Below are positions 25,901 to 39,130 of a stretch of 64,000 nucleotides of DNA, in pieces (position 1 is the stretch's first letter; the number at the start of each line of letters is the position of its first letter). Both the position numbers and the translations under genes were made by a program. Below the pieces are notes generated by a model that saw nothing but the letters and a program-made list of their open reading frames with translations, was not told where the DNA came from and did no database searches. This DNA is from Octopus vulgaris (lineage: Eukaryota), in assembly GCA_951406725.2 (NCBI GenBank), contig OX597826.1, positions 78,182,001-78,246,000 on the forward strand, written 5' to 3'.

Positions 25901-26237
25901 TGTTGGTGGTACTAGTGATGTTGGTTGGTTTGATGGTCTTGGTGCTAGTGGTGAGGTTTGCGTTCGTGGTAGTACTGGTCTTGGTGGTAGTTTTAGTAGA
26001 GACGATACTAGTGGTACCACTGTAGTATGGGTTTTAGTTCTGATTGTAATGTAGATGCGCTAATACTGGGGCAGTTATTGATGTTAGTGGTGGTGTTGAT
26101 GGGGGTGCCATTGGTGCCGGTGACAGTATTGGTTGTAGTGGTGGTGTTCGGGTTCCTCGTTCCAGTTTTTGGTCATTTTTATTGCGTTGTGGCTCTTGCT
26201 GTGCAGGCACGTGGCGTTGCACTGTTACATTCTGTAC

Positions 26238-26392
26238 CTGTCACAACCATGTTACATTCTCTGTCACGCCGAATCTCCCTGAGAACTACATGTCCGAGGA
26301 GTATTCGGTCACTTGCACTTTAGTCTCACGAGCAGGCTGTTCCGTTGATCAGATCGACTGGAACGATCATCGTAGCAACCGACGGAGTGCCA
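26238..26392 (+). mobile_element. Family C SINE 3' half
   Basis: CACGAGCAGGCTGTTCCGTTGATC...AACCGACGGAGTGCCA matches the tails at 17806-17876 and 25585-25650. Confidence 0.7.
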
Positions 26393-26974
26393 GATTAATC
26401 TTGTTGCGTTTTTTTTTTATGTTGTTTCTACTTATGTTTTTCTTTTCGTTCCTTTTGACTTCTGCGAAAATTAATATAAATTCTAATTTTATTTTTAATT
26501 TTACAGTTTTCAATATTTATATATTTTCTGATTTTATTTATTCATTTTTTTCTTTTCTGAAGGCTTTTTGTCGGTTATTATTGCTTTCATTGATGTTGGT
26601 GTTGTTGTGCTATAAGTCAGATATTTCTAGGCTAAAGCGAGGCGTGGGGTTCGGAGATCAATATCCTCCTTCACCTCCCTTCCTTATTCTGTTTACTTAG
26701 CAACAATTCTGTAAAATCTCAGAAATAAACCATTCCACAGACTTCTTCTTTCGTTCGCACTGCTTTGCTCCGGTTGGCTTTGCGTTCTTTTATGATGTGC
26801 GCGCGCGCTGCGAGTGTGTGTGTGCGCGGGAAACGTATTGCATGACTTCCGTATATATACGCATGTGTATGTATTTATCAAATATACAAACATTCACACA
26901 CACACACATACATAAATGTATATACACATATACATACATACATAATAATGCACACGCACATATTCATATATATA

Positions 26975-27949
26975 TATATATATATATGAGAATGTGTGTC
27001 TGTCTGTCTGTGAATCTCTAAAACTTGAGAACTACACAACCAATTTCATTCAAATTTTACACATGCCTTACTTAGGGTCTATGTAGTGCCATGGGCAAGA
27101 AAATGTTTAACTTCTTGCCTAGGGCGGGCCCACAGCAATATCATATCTTCTCCACTATTTCAGTATTACATGTTAAAGGTGAAATAAAAACATCTCTCTA
27201 TTGTATGTATATGTATAAATGTATATTATAAATGTACAAGTAATATGTACAGTATGACTGCCCACCGCTACCAGCCGACAGTCAGCGCAATGGTGATCAG
27301 GGCTCACTCTGAGCGCCATATGGCTGACCGTTGGGCTGGTAGCTGTGGACATTCAGCCCAATGTCGCTCTGGGCACCATTGGGCTGACTGTCCGCAGCTA
27401 CTAGCCCAACACTCAGCGCTATGGCATTGGTCGTTCTATAACGGTTACCTTTAGCTCAGCTCGGGATAGGGTAACTGACTGCTTATTGTGATCATTTGTC
27501 TTTTGGTTTCCTGTAGCTTTGCTCTCTTTTACAAACCCAGTGAACATATATTTCCTATTTCAAAGAAATTCAAACAATAGATATAAGACCCAAGTTAAAA
27601 AGATTCTCAACAATTCAACTTCTCTGGTTGACATTAAGATGCCCACCCCCAACAGGGTCCTTAACTTTCACATTTTAGAGCTCCATGACCTTCATTTTTC
27701 AGGAGCAAAATCTTTTTAACAGGTTCAATAAGACTGGAATTTTGGAATATGCGCATAAAAATCAGTAGTATGGGATATATGTGGCACGATTACAATTTTT
27801 TTAGGGTTGTGTAAAGAGGGAAATATCCCTCATCTGCAATTTTGATAAAATTCGAAACATAGATATTCCAGTTCATTAGAGAAAATATAAAAGAAAAGTC
27901 TAATTCTTCAATTGTATGTAACACGGGCAACGCCGGGTATCTCTGCTAG
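26975..27949 (+). mobile_element. Non-autonomous Helitron-like (rolling-circle) element
   Basis: 5' (TA)n plus (GTCT)n and ACCAATTTCATTCAAATTTT; 3' GC hairpin CGGGCAACGCCGGG shortly before CTAG (27946-27949), followed by T. Confidence 0.7.
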
Positions 27950-28264
27950 TATATATATATAAAATCACCATAGCAACGTCATCGCTACGATTATCATTTT
28001 AATACCAATATTAGTACATCGACACTAGTATCACTAGCTTCATCGTCATCATCATCATCACTGCCTTTGCCACCTCCATCACCCCCATCCCTCATACCAA
28101 CGCTCAATTTTGATCCGCACAATCTCAAATGTGTATAAAGATTAATTACTTGAAGAAGAAAATTCCAAGCATCCTTCCCCCCACCAACCCGCCCATCATT
28201 ACCGTCACCAAAGTGGTTGCGCTGCCATCACCAGCATTTTGATATCCCAGATTCTAGTAAAAGC

Positions 28265-28975
28265 AGCACGACCACCGCCACAACCACCATCACACCCACA
28301 ACTACCACCACCAACCAACCACCATCACCACCACGATCATCACCACCGCCGCCGCCGCAACAACCATCACCACCACTACAGCCACCACCACCGTCATAAC
28401 CACCTCCACCGCCTCAACTACCACCACCGTCACAACCACCACCACTGTCACAACCACCACCACCGCCACTCCTACCACCACCACCATTTACAGCTATCAC
28501 CACCCCCACAACCACTACCACCGCCACAACCACCATAACAACCACCACCTCCACCACCACCAACACCGCCACAAACACCAACACCGCCACAACCACCACC
28601 ATCACCGCTACAGCCCCCCAACCACCACCACCACCGCCACAACTACCGCCACAACCACCACCAACACCGCCACAACCACCACAACAACCACCACCTCCAC
28701 AACAACCAACACCGCCACAACCACAACCACCACTACAGCCACCACCACCGCCACAACCAGCACCGCCACAACCACCACCACCATCGCCACAACCACCACT
28801 ACTGCCACAATCACCACCACCGCCACAACCACCATCATCGCCATACCCACCACGACCACCAGTACCCACCACCACCATTTCGTTGTACCCCCAACATCTC
28901 AGGACTCCCACTACTCCCTTCTTCCTTGCCATCACCACCACCATTTCCACCACTACAATTCCTGCACCATCACCA
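28265..28975. repeat. Degenerate (CCA/CAA/CCG)n block
   Basis: Visible triplet low complexity. Confidence 0.9.
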
Positions 28976-29269
28976 CCGAAACCTCTACCAAAACCGATGT
29001 TACATCAACCCCCAACCTAATTGCCCACCCCTTTACTTCAGTACCTTACTTTCTACCGTTGTTAACCTCACTTCATCGCTACCATTACAATCACCCGCCC
29101 CCGCTCCGCGACTCTGCACCCGGCCACCTCTTGCACTTCGATATTCCAGACTTGCATCACCACCCCGACCTCACACCACCCCTCCACTTCATCCTATGAC
29201 AACAAACGCTCACATCATACAATGAATTAATTGTTCATAAATTTTGTTATAATTTATCTTTTTATAACA

Positions 29270-29398
29270 CACACACATGCGCGCACCTACCCACACACAC
29301 GGAAATATACATATATATATAATTATATATGTATATACATATACACAGACATATATGTGTATGTATATACATATACACAAACATATATGTGTATGTAT

Positions 29399-29431
<33 letters not shown>

Positions 29432-29547
29432 TACATATACACACAAAGATATATACATATACACAAACATATATATATATATATACAGACAGACAGACAG
29501 ATAGGCATAAATATCCACTCACAAAGATATATACATATACACAAACA

Positions 29548-29624
<77 letters not shown>

Positions 29625-29739
29625 TATACACACAAAGATATATACATATACACAAACATATGTGTATGTATATACATATATATATATATATATATATACA
29701 TACATATACACACAAAGATATATACATACACAAACTATA

Positions 29740-29824
<85 letters not shown>

Positions 29825-29913
29825 TAGATGTATATATATACATACAGACACAGACTTATATACACACAGGCATATATACACACAGACATATATACACACA
29901 CACACATATATAC

Positions 29914-29945
<32 letters not shown>

Positions 29946-29975
29946 GTACATACATAGACAGACAGACAGACAGTC
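29270..29975. repeat. (TA)/(CA) microsatellite field with higher-order unit
   Basis: The unit CACAAAGATATATACATA(TA)CACAAAC recurs four times (about 29442, 29520, 29631, 29711). Confidence 0.9.
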
Positions 29976-30629
29976 ATATACACCCACTCACCACCACCAC
30001 CACCACCACCCCTCATACACACATTACTCTTTCCTCTTCTTTGGCCATTTTCGTTGAGTTTCTTTGTTTTCATTTTCTGATTTTTTCTTTGTCTTTTTCT
30101 TTTTTTGTCATGTTCTTTTTTTTTTTGCCGAATTTTATAAAATATACTTATTTATTCCTCGTTGTTTCTTTGGTGGGGGAGGGTCATGTTTTAAGTGGTG
30201 AAGAAGAATCGGTGGAGTGCCGGACTACTGTTGTCTGTGTGCTATTTGATTTCCTCCCGAAGCAGTATTCCTGCCTTCTCGGTTTCGAGATACATCTGAC
30301 ACTTTTCAATAATTTTTTCATATGTATTTTTACTTTTATTTTTACTGTTCATTGGTCCCAGAATCGAATGAATTGGTTGTAACGGAAACAGAGAGGGAGT
30401 AGGGGATAGAGAGAGAGGAGGGTGGAAATAAGTGAAGTGTGAAGTTTCATGTCTTAAGTCAAATGTGCCAGAAGCGATGGGATCTTGAACCCGAGCTGGC
30501 AGAAACGTTGTCTGTCCTTGTTTGTCCCCTCTATGTTTAGCCCCTTGTGGGTAATAAAGAAATAGGTAACTCTCCATATACAGTACTTCCTCTCCTTTCA
30601 GTCCCTCACCCCTTCATCTTCTAAGTTCC

Positions 30630-31200
30630 ATTCTTAACGAGATAATTCGAGGACAGAGCGGAGTGAACAATGTGATCGTAGAATCGAGAATGTATAAGTT
30701 CCGCTGGTCTGGACATGTCGCAGGGTTCACAGACAACAAGTGAGCCCCTGCAGTGGCCAAGTCTTTTTTTTTTAATCTTTATTGCTCACAAGGAATTAAA
30801 CATAGAGGGGACAAACAAGGACAGACAAAGGGATTAAGTCGATTACATCGACCCCAGTGCGTGACTGGTACTTAATTCATTGACCCCGAAAGGATGAAAG
30901 GCAAAGTGGACCTCAGCGGAATTTGAACTCAGAACGTAGCAACAGATGAAATACCATTAAATATTTCGCCTGGCGTGCTAACGATTCTGCCAGCTCCCCG
31001 CCGCCTTGGCAGTGTCCAAGTCTATCCAAGAGATCGGAAAAGGCCACTTGGAAGGCCTTCACGACGATGGGAAGACAATATGGTCAAGCAATTATGTCAA
31101 GATGGAAAAGAATGGCGCTGTCAATACAGTATTGGAAGCGCATTGTGACCAGTGGTGTACAATAGCACTTAATGGTCCGGTCGATACTGCGATACTGTGA
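30630..31200 (+). mobile_element. RTE-clade LINE 3' fragment split by a SINE
   Basis: ILNEIIRGQSGVNNVIVESRMYKFRWSGHVAGFTDNK* [insertion] YPRDRKRPLGRPSRRWEDN matches the RTE RW.GHV and KRP.GRP..RW.D motifs. Confidence 0.85.
30765..31006 (-). mobile_element. Family A SINE inserted in the RTE, with A-tail and TSD
   Basis: TSD GCAGTG(G/T)CCAAGTCT at 30750-30764 and 31009-31023; T-run at 30764-30773. Confidence 0.9.
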
Positions 31201-31334
31201 ATTCCATAAGAATAAGAATAATTTTTGTTCTCGCAAGACAGTTCTTTCCCGAAATTATTTTTCACAACATACATGCTGTGGATAATTGTTGATCGCCGCC
31301 GCTTTTGGAGTCACCTATAATCCAAAATATCTGG

Positions 31335-31800
31335 AATGAAGACGCCAAGGGAAACTGAAAACAGGAGTGCGAAAAGGAACCGTAAAAAGATTACGAAGAC
31401 TATTTAAACGTGATGTTTTTATAAGGTTTGATGCGAGAGAAAGAAAAAAAATCAACCACATCACGAGAACGCCTACAGTAGGAACTGTACGAGGGAAAAG
31501 TAAGACACGTCCTCAAGAAGTTATTCTGTCAAGTGTTCTGGCTATTTTTTCATAGTCCTAATGCAATGCTTAAAATGGACCGGATCCTGAATGTTACGAA
31601 ACGGCTGTAAGCATATGGAAGTCATACAGATATATAAATCGAACTCGATTTCAAATATAAATAAGCACGATGGGAACTTAAAAAGGTCAACAGTTTATGA
31701 GACAATTTGCAGAAAAAGGATGGTGAAACTTCTAGTGAAAAACCTTCTGTATTGTAAGCATTGATTTCAAGGTTTCAACAAGTCTTTGGTTTCTGTTTTT
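31335..31800 (+). mobile_element. Tigger/pogo transposase N-terminal remnant
   Basis: Broken frames: RKKITKTI, DVFIRFDARERK, PTVGTVR (psq-type HTH), then KKVNSL*DNLQKKDGETSSEKP (CENP-B-type HTH region). Confidence 0.55.
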
Positions 31801-31987
31801 CTTTCTTTTTTTAAAATAGAAATGAGTAGCGAAGTTGTCAGCATTGGTTCAGAATCTGCCACTAATGATCCTGAGCAGCTGGAGGGTTGGGATGTTACTC
31901 CATACTAACTGTACGATGTGGATGAAACTGTATACACACTCATACACATACACACATATATATACATTTATGTATGTATATATATAT

Positions 31988-32223
31988 TTTTTTTTCTTTA
32001 CTACCCACAAGGGGCTAAACATAGAGGGGACAAATAAGGACAGACAAAGGGATTAAGTCGATTACACCGACCCCAGTCCGAAACTGGTACTCAATTTATC
32101 GACCCCGAAAGGATGAAAGGTAAAGTCGACCTCGGCGGTATTTGAACTCAGAACGTAACGACTGACGAAATACCGCAAAGCATTTCACCCGGCGCGCTAA
32201 CGTTTCTGCCAGCTCGCCGCCTT
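31988..32223 (-). mobile_element. Full-length family A SINE
   Basis: Complete head GGCGGCGAGCTGGCAGAAACGTTAGC through tail TTAGCCCCTTGTGGGTAGTAAAG. Confidence 0.9.
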
Positions 32224-32247
32224 TATATATATATACACACACGCACA

Positions 32248-32285
<38 letters not shown>

Positions 32286-32295
32286 ACACACACGC

Positions 32296-32324
<29 letters not shown>

Positions 32325-32326
<2 letters not shown>

Positions 32327-32510
32327 CGCGGGCGACTCAAAAGGTAATGCTATTTTGTTTAGGACAGGTATAATTACCAACACAGGAACATGTATCATAC
32401 ATCAAAATGAAGCTGGTCCTCTGTGGATCACATCCCTACTCCCCAATATAATCACCGTTTCTCTCAATAGCAATGTTCCACCTTCAACTGAGAGCATGTA
32501 TCTCAGCATA
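32325..32510 (-). mobile_element. mariner 3' end with TIR
   Basis: Terminus TACGCGGGCGACTCAAAAGGTAATGC; minus strand reads AEIHALS*RWNIAIERNGDYIGE*. Confidence 0.75.
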
Positions 32511-32718
32511 TTCATAATTTGTTGATATGCAAATTGTATTGTATAATACTGAGCTTACATATACAGATAATTCTGCACACTGAAATTAATACTATATGAA
32601 GAAGGTTACGAAACGGCTGTAAACATATGGAAGTCATACAGCTATATAAATCTGTCTTCACCGCCCACACTTGATTTTATGCTGTGTAAGCATGTGTGCG
32701 TGCGTATGAGTGTGTGCA

Positions 32719-32783
<65 letters not shown>

Positions 32784-32941
32784 GTGTGTGCAGCGGATAC
32801 CGAAAAGTAATATTCTAATATTGTACTTTCAAACTAATAGCCTGATTTCAAACGACAAATAGGTTACAAACCAAGAAAAGGTGTTCTTGCAATCAGTCAA
32901 TCAGCATAAGGTTAATCTCCGAACGTTAACATGGACATGCG

Positions 32942-32983
<42 letters not shown>

Positions 32984-32984
32984 A

Positions 32985-33611
32985 TGTTCTGTCTAAGTAC
33001 AAGAATTGCATATTTGGCTTTTCATGCTTTGTGAATTTCTAAAGGTCGTAAGGGCAACAATACAACAAACGCAGGGTAAAAAAAAAAACATGCACTGTAT
33101 ACCCTGATGACGTGGGTGTTCGGAAATGCCAAAGCTGGCTTAACAATTTCAAAAACGGTGATTTCACCTTTTCCAAGGATTATCGATCATAAAGTTCACC
33201 TGTTCTTCATAATGACAAACCGGAAACCGCAGCAGAAGAGGATTCGCCTCAAAGTGTTTATTTTGCAGGATTAATAAATCTTGGTCTATTGTGCAAGATC
33301 ATCACAAGCAGTGTTTAGAGAAGGGAAGTGGGAACCTCATAAGATGTCTCCCGGGAATAAAGTAGCACGTTCAACAATTTGCAACAATCTACTAATCAGG
33401 AATGAGCAAACACCTTTTCTTAATCGAATTGTGAGAACTGATGAGAAATGGATGGTCTATGCCGACAATAAACGCAAAAAGTAGTGGATACCGCCAAATG
33501 GAAATCCAGTTGGAAACCCAAAAACCAAATCTCCACCCAAACAAAATCCTACTGTGCATTTGGTCAAGGACAATATATACTGGTCATTTCGAATTACTAG
33601 GACAAGGGAAA
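32985..33611 (+). pseudogene. mariner transposase pseudogene, N-terminal half
   Basis: ELHIWLFMLCEF, VRKCQSWLNNFKNGDF, GKWEPHKMS (WVPHEL motif), FLNRIVRTDEKWMVY (first catalytic D), KPNLHPNKILLCIWS and HFELL, with frameshifts. Confidence 0.88.
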
Positions 33612-34644
33612 AGGGATATTTTTCCACCACCTCTTCTACCTCTCCGCCTCTGTAAAAGAAGATCAACAGTTCCTCTTCCTCCGGGTTCGACGTAGTCATT
33701 TCTACCGTTGGCGGCACAATTCCTCCCGGCAGTGTCTCTTCCCCTGCCAGCGACACAACCTCTACCAGCAAGGTTCCAGGACATTCCGGTGCTATGTCAC
33801 CGACTGCTGGTAATGTCCCGTTTCTCTTCCTCTTCCCCTTCCTCATTTTTCTCTCAACTGAGGGAGGGTGCGTCTCCTCCGTGACCGGGAGATTCGCCTC
33901 CCCTTCCTCATCCCTAGGATCCTTCGGTGAGCACCCATTGTTGCTCACCTTCTTCCTCTTGCGGCCATTCTTTGAGGATTCCACCGTCTCCTTGGCTGCC
34001 TTCGTTCCTTCTTTTACAGATGTCTCAGTCAACTGCTCCAGGACTTTGCTTTGTTCCTAAGGACAGTTTTCTTTATATGGCCAGGCTCCAGGTACCGGTG
34101 GCACCTGGGGGAGGGGCACCCTCAAGAATTACCGGGTACCTGCACCCGGCTATTTTCAAAAAATCTGGCATAACCAGATTCATGGCTGATTGGGTCCACC
34201 GGGTCAAAACAGCTTTTGACCCAACCCAATCAGCCGCAGGAAGAATTTTCACATTGAGGAGCATGGCCCCGCTGCCACCCAGACCCTGGGTTCAATTCCG
34301 GGATGCAAACCACAGACCCAAGCCCTCGTCAATTTTTTTCCACAATAAGTGGGAAGAAACAAAATTTCTTTACCCTCAACGGGCTGGCTCGCAAAACTGC
34401 GAGTCTTCTCTGGGGTGTCAAACAGCAACCAGACCGTTGCATATTTGACATCCCTAGAGATATGCTTAATGGTTATCAGATGTTCCGCCAACCCTTGCTC
34501 AATCATCTGCTTGGAGAAGACGGCAATGGTTTCGGGAACCTTCGAATACGTTCTCAACACCACCGTCTTCTCCTCTTGCTGTCTGAGCCACTCCTGAGGC
34601 GGGGCAATCTCCCACTCTACAATCATATCCGTATTTTCTGCCAT
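33612..34644 (-). pseudogene. LINE ORF1 (gag-like, probably Tx1/L1 clade), frameshifted
   Basis: Three consecutive minus-strand ORF pieces from ATG 34644, a degenerate zinc knuckle PRCHRYLEPGHIKK(N)CP at about 34061-34110, and a Lys/Glu-rich tail. Confidence 0.7.
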
Positions 34645-34865
34645 GTTTTAAATTAAAAAGTAAAAAGTCCAAAACAATAATTCATAAATTTCAAAAAGAA
34701 AAGAGAGAAATCAAAAGGAAATAAAAGGGAAGAAGAGAAAAAGAAAACCGTTCAATAAGAAAGTCACAATAGAAGAAAACAACAGTTTAACAAAAGAGCA
34801 AAAAAATCTTCTGGGCATTCATGTACTCCAAGCCCTATGGTACTCCGATTAGAACCTGGACTGCT

Positions 34866-35150
34866 TCACTTGAAATACAGCTTTCCAATTTTTCGTAAAT
34901 GTAGTTGTAAAAATACACACTATTCACAAACAGCGAAAACTTTTGGTGGCAGGATACACCACCAAACTATACTTCTCAAAATAAGAAAAAAATTTCATTT
35001 AATGTGAATACTTGAAATACAGCTTTCCAATTAATGGTAAATGTTGTAAAAACATACACTATTAAAAAGTAGACAGCTTCTGGTTGAAGGATACGTACCC
35101 AAACTGTATTTCCCATGATAAGAAAAAAAATGTTCACTTACTGTGAACTG
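34866..35150. repeat. Diverged tandem duplication of about 144 bp upstream of the ORF1
   Basis: ACTTGAAATACAGCTTTCCAATT...GTTGTAAAAA...CCAAACT...ATAAGAAAAAAA...TGTGAA occurs twice (about 34867 and 35010). Confidence 0.8.
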
Positions 35151-36012
35151 AACCGCAAGCAGACCAACACCCTGAATCCAGTGAGGATTCCTTGTTAGTA
35201 AAAAAATATAACCAGACAACAATCTCCACTGGACCCAAGAGACAAAAGTCTTACCTTGCAGCAGCTTCTTTTTGGCAGGCTAAACACTGACGGCTATCTT
35301 CAGTGCACAACACAATGACGCATGCGTACACTGACAACAAAGATTCATGGGAAGTCTCAAAGACTCATGGGTTGGTGAGTAAGCTACTTACCACACAGCC
35401 ACTACTGCGCCTATATATGTATGTATGTATGCGTTATGTATGTATGTGTACACACACACACACACACATACACACACACTCACACGCGTAATTACATCTA
35501 TACACACAGTTGATAACACACAATTGAACACACAATTTTACATATACACAGACCCAGGATAAAATATTCCACTCACGAAACCACATGCGCACACATACAC
35601 ATAGATGCACACAGCCACCTGTATGCATGCACATTCAGAACTACACTCATACACACTTGCACGCACAACCGAGCACACACACACACGCACACGCGCGCGC
35701 ACACGCGCGCACACACGCACTGTAGAGGCGCAGAGGGAGGCTTGCATGCACGTTGAAAATAAATGAATGAAAACATGTCGAAGAGAAAGAAAACAGGGAA
35801 GAGGTGGAGAGATGTGGCGTGGTGGGGAGGGGGAGGGGCAAAAGAAGAAGAAGAAAAAGATAAACAACAACAATAACATCAGAAACAATAAAATAAGGGA
35901 TAAAGCTAAAAAGAAATGAGGCGCAATTATGAAAAATGTAATTAAAAATGATACGAGAATGGTGGCGATGTGTATAACATGGACAACTATAAGAATGGTT
36001 ACTGCAGAGGAC

Positions 36013-36067
36013 TGATGATGAAGATGATGATAATGATGATGATGATGATGATGACGACGACGACGAC

Positions 36068-36111
<44 letters not shown>

Positions 36112-36128
36112 CGACGACAACGACGACG

Positions 36129-36186
<58 letters not shown>

Positions 36187-36332
36187 CGACGACGACGACG
36201 ACGATGATGATGATGATGATGATGACGACGACAACGACGACGAGGATGATGATGATGATGATGACGACGACAACGACGACGAGGATGATGATGGTGATGA
36301 TGATGATGATGATGACGACGACAACGACGACG

Positions 36333-36382
<50 letters not shown>

Positions 36383-36887
36383 GGTGGAGGTGATGACGAT
36401 CACGATGGTGATGGTGATGATGATAATGATGATGATGATGAGGAGGAGGAGGAGGAGGATGGTTGTGAAGAGGCGATGGTGCTGTTGGTGTTGACGACTG
36501 AGATGATGGCGAAAACAAAATAAATAAAAATTACGGTGGTGGTGGTGGTGGTATAGATGATGGTAACGGTGACGAGAACAACGACGATGATGAAGGCGAT
36601 GAGGCAGTGGTGGTAGTGGTGGTAATGATGGTGATGATGACGACAACTGTTGACGAGGGTCCTGACGTGATGGCTTGGGTTTAAGATGGCGGCGGCGACG
36701 ACGACACGATTTTCTTTTTTTTCGTATATTCATTTTTTTGTTACGTTGACTTCCTTGGGAAATATTAATGGTGGTGGTAGTGGTGGTGGTGGTAGTGGTG
36801 GTGGTGGGAGTGCTGGAGAAAGTGAGGGTGGTATTAACGAAGGCTGCAGTAGTAGTAGTAGTAGTAGTAGTAGTAGTTGTAGTAGTT

Positions 36888-36918
<31 letters not shown>

Positions 36919-37025
36919 CGGCGGCGGTGGTGGTGGTGATGGTGGTGGTGGTGGTGGTAGTGGTGGTAGTAGTAGTAGTAGTAGTAGTGGCGGCGGCGGT
37001 GGTGGTGGTGATGGTGGAGGTGTTG

Positions 37026-37118
<93 letters not shown>

Positions 37119-37503
37119 CTGGTGGTGGTGGTGGTGGCGGTGGTGTCCGAAATCCAGGTAGCACTGAAGTTAGGATTGGCGATGAGGAGGGTGGCAATAA
37201 CGATCATTGTATTGGCTGTAGCGTTAGTGGTTAAGGGGTGAAGGGATGGTAGTGGGTGTGGTGATAGTTGTAGTGTCGGGTGGTGTTTGTATCGGAGGTA
37301 GTGGTGGCTGTTTTGAATTGTCGGGGCAAGCGGTAGTGATTGTTGTAGTAGGGCTTTCTAGTAAAGCGACAGTATTTAATACCTGGTGGTGATGATGATG
37401 TAATAATTGTGGGGGTGGGGGGTGGACGACGATGCCGATGGAGTTATGAATGATGGTTGTTACAATGGCCGGTGTTACGTGAATGGTGCCAGGGCAGCGA
37501 TGG

Positions 37504-37534
<31 letters not shown>

Positions 37535-37940
37535 CAGAGGCGGTGGTGGTGGTGGTGGGTGGGTGTTTGTGGTGGTTGGATTTTGGTTGTTGTGGTGTTT
37601 GTGGTCTTTATGGTGGTGGTGGAGGTGGTGGTGGTGGTTTTGTGGTGACGATGGTGGCGATGGTGGTGGTGGTGGTGGTCTGATGGTGATGGTGATGGTT
37701 GTAGTGATTGGCGCGCTGTTAACAGTGCTAAAGCGATGATGGTAGCGGTGGTGGTGGTGATGGTGGTGGCGGCAGCGGCGGCGGTGGCGGCGGTGGCGGC
37801 GGTGGCGGCGGCAGTGGAGGCGTCGGCATCGGTGGCGGCGGTGGCGGTGATTTGGGGTGACGACGGTGGTGATGGCAGTGAAAACATAATTGGAAACAAC
37901 AACAACAACAACCTACAACAACAGCAACAGCAACAACAAT
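36013..37940. repeat. Large compound trinucleotide block (GAT/GAC, GGT, AGT, ATT, GGC, CAA)
   Basis: Visible triplet repeats; source of the 326 and 402 aa homopolymer ORFs. Confidence 0.93.
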
Positions 37941-38304
37941 AAAGGTAAAAATTAAAAGCAAAAAAACAACGAGTAACAAAAACAATAGCAATTTCGTCAA
38001 GAGGCATTTAGATATCAATACGGGAGACCATTAAGAATTGCGTTGCTCGCTCTACGTAATGTCTTTTCCAACACCGTATACAGGCGGCCATCTTTAGCAT
38101 GTATGCGTATAGAAATACACACGCATATTATACATACATTCATACACATACATAAACACACACTTATATATATATACATACATAAAATACAAACACATGT
38201 ATATAATGTAACTATTTATGTGTACACATATTTTTTAAAAAAGGCGCAATTTTAACCATGTATTTACGAGAATGTATACATACATATATATTTATGTATA
38301 TACA

Positions 38305-38373
<69 letters not shown>

Positions 38374-38699
38374 ATACATGTATGTGTGTATGTGTATTTA
38401 AAGAAAATTGCTTTGTGTGCCAAATTGCGATGCGACTTTTCTATACGTATATTGTATACGTATCGATATGCTCACACAATATACACCAGTGCATAGACGT
38501 GAACATACATATATACATACACACATGCATACCTGTATATATACATACCTAGAAATGATCATCCATACACGACTAAAACAAACATTTGGCCACACACACA
38601 CACACAAATGCTTTTATGTTTTTTTATGCCATAAAATAAGTAAAAACAATACCTGTATATACACATATATATATATATGCGTAGACATACATGTGTGTA

Positions 38700-38737
<38 letters not shown>

Positions 38738-39074
38738 CATGCACACATATATATGTATGTATATATTATATATATGTATATATACGTAACTCTGTTATAT
38801 ATAAATATGTATGTGCGTGTGTGTGAGTGTATATGTGTGTATGTATGTATGTATGTATGTATGTATATTTGTGTGAATTAAAATAGCATATGTTGGGAGG
38901 AATGGTTATGGAATTGTGTGTGGTGGGGGAGAGAGGGGTTAAGAAAGAGAGTGTGTATAATTTTGAAAGAGGGATGAATGTTGGATGTACATCCTAATGT
39001 AGATTTGTCAATAATCTAATTATGAATATACGTTCACTTACGTAACAAATTAACATACATACACATGGGGATGG

Positions 39075-39130
<56 letters not shown>

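Noticed and set aside
33105-33130. CTGATGA...GAAA hammerhead-like spacing
   Set aside because: No stem II, III or I pairing; lies in mariner coding remnant.
35538-37241. Long ORFs of 326, 402 and 225 aa
   Set aside because: Homopolymer runs from stop-free triplet repeats, open in several frames on both strands.
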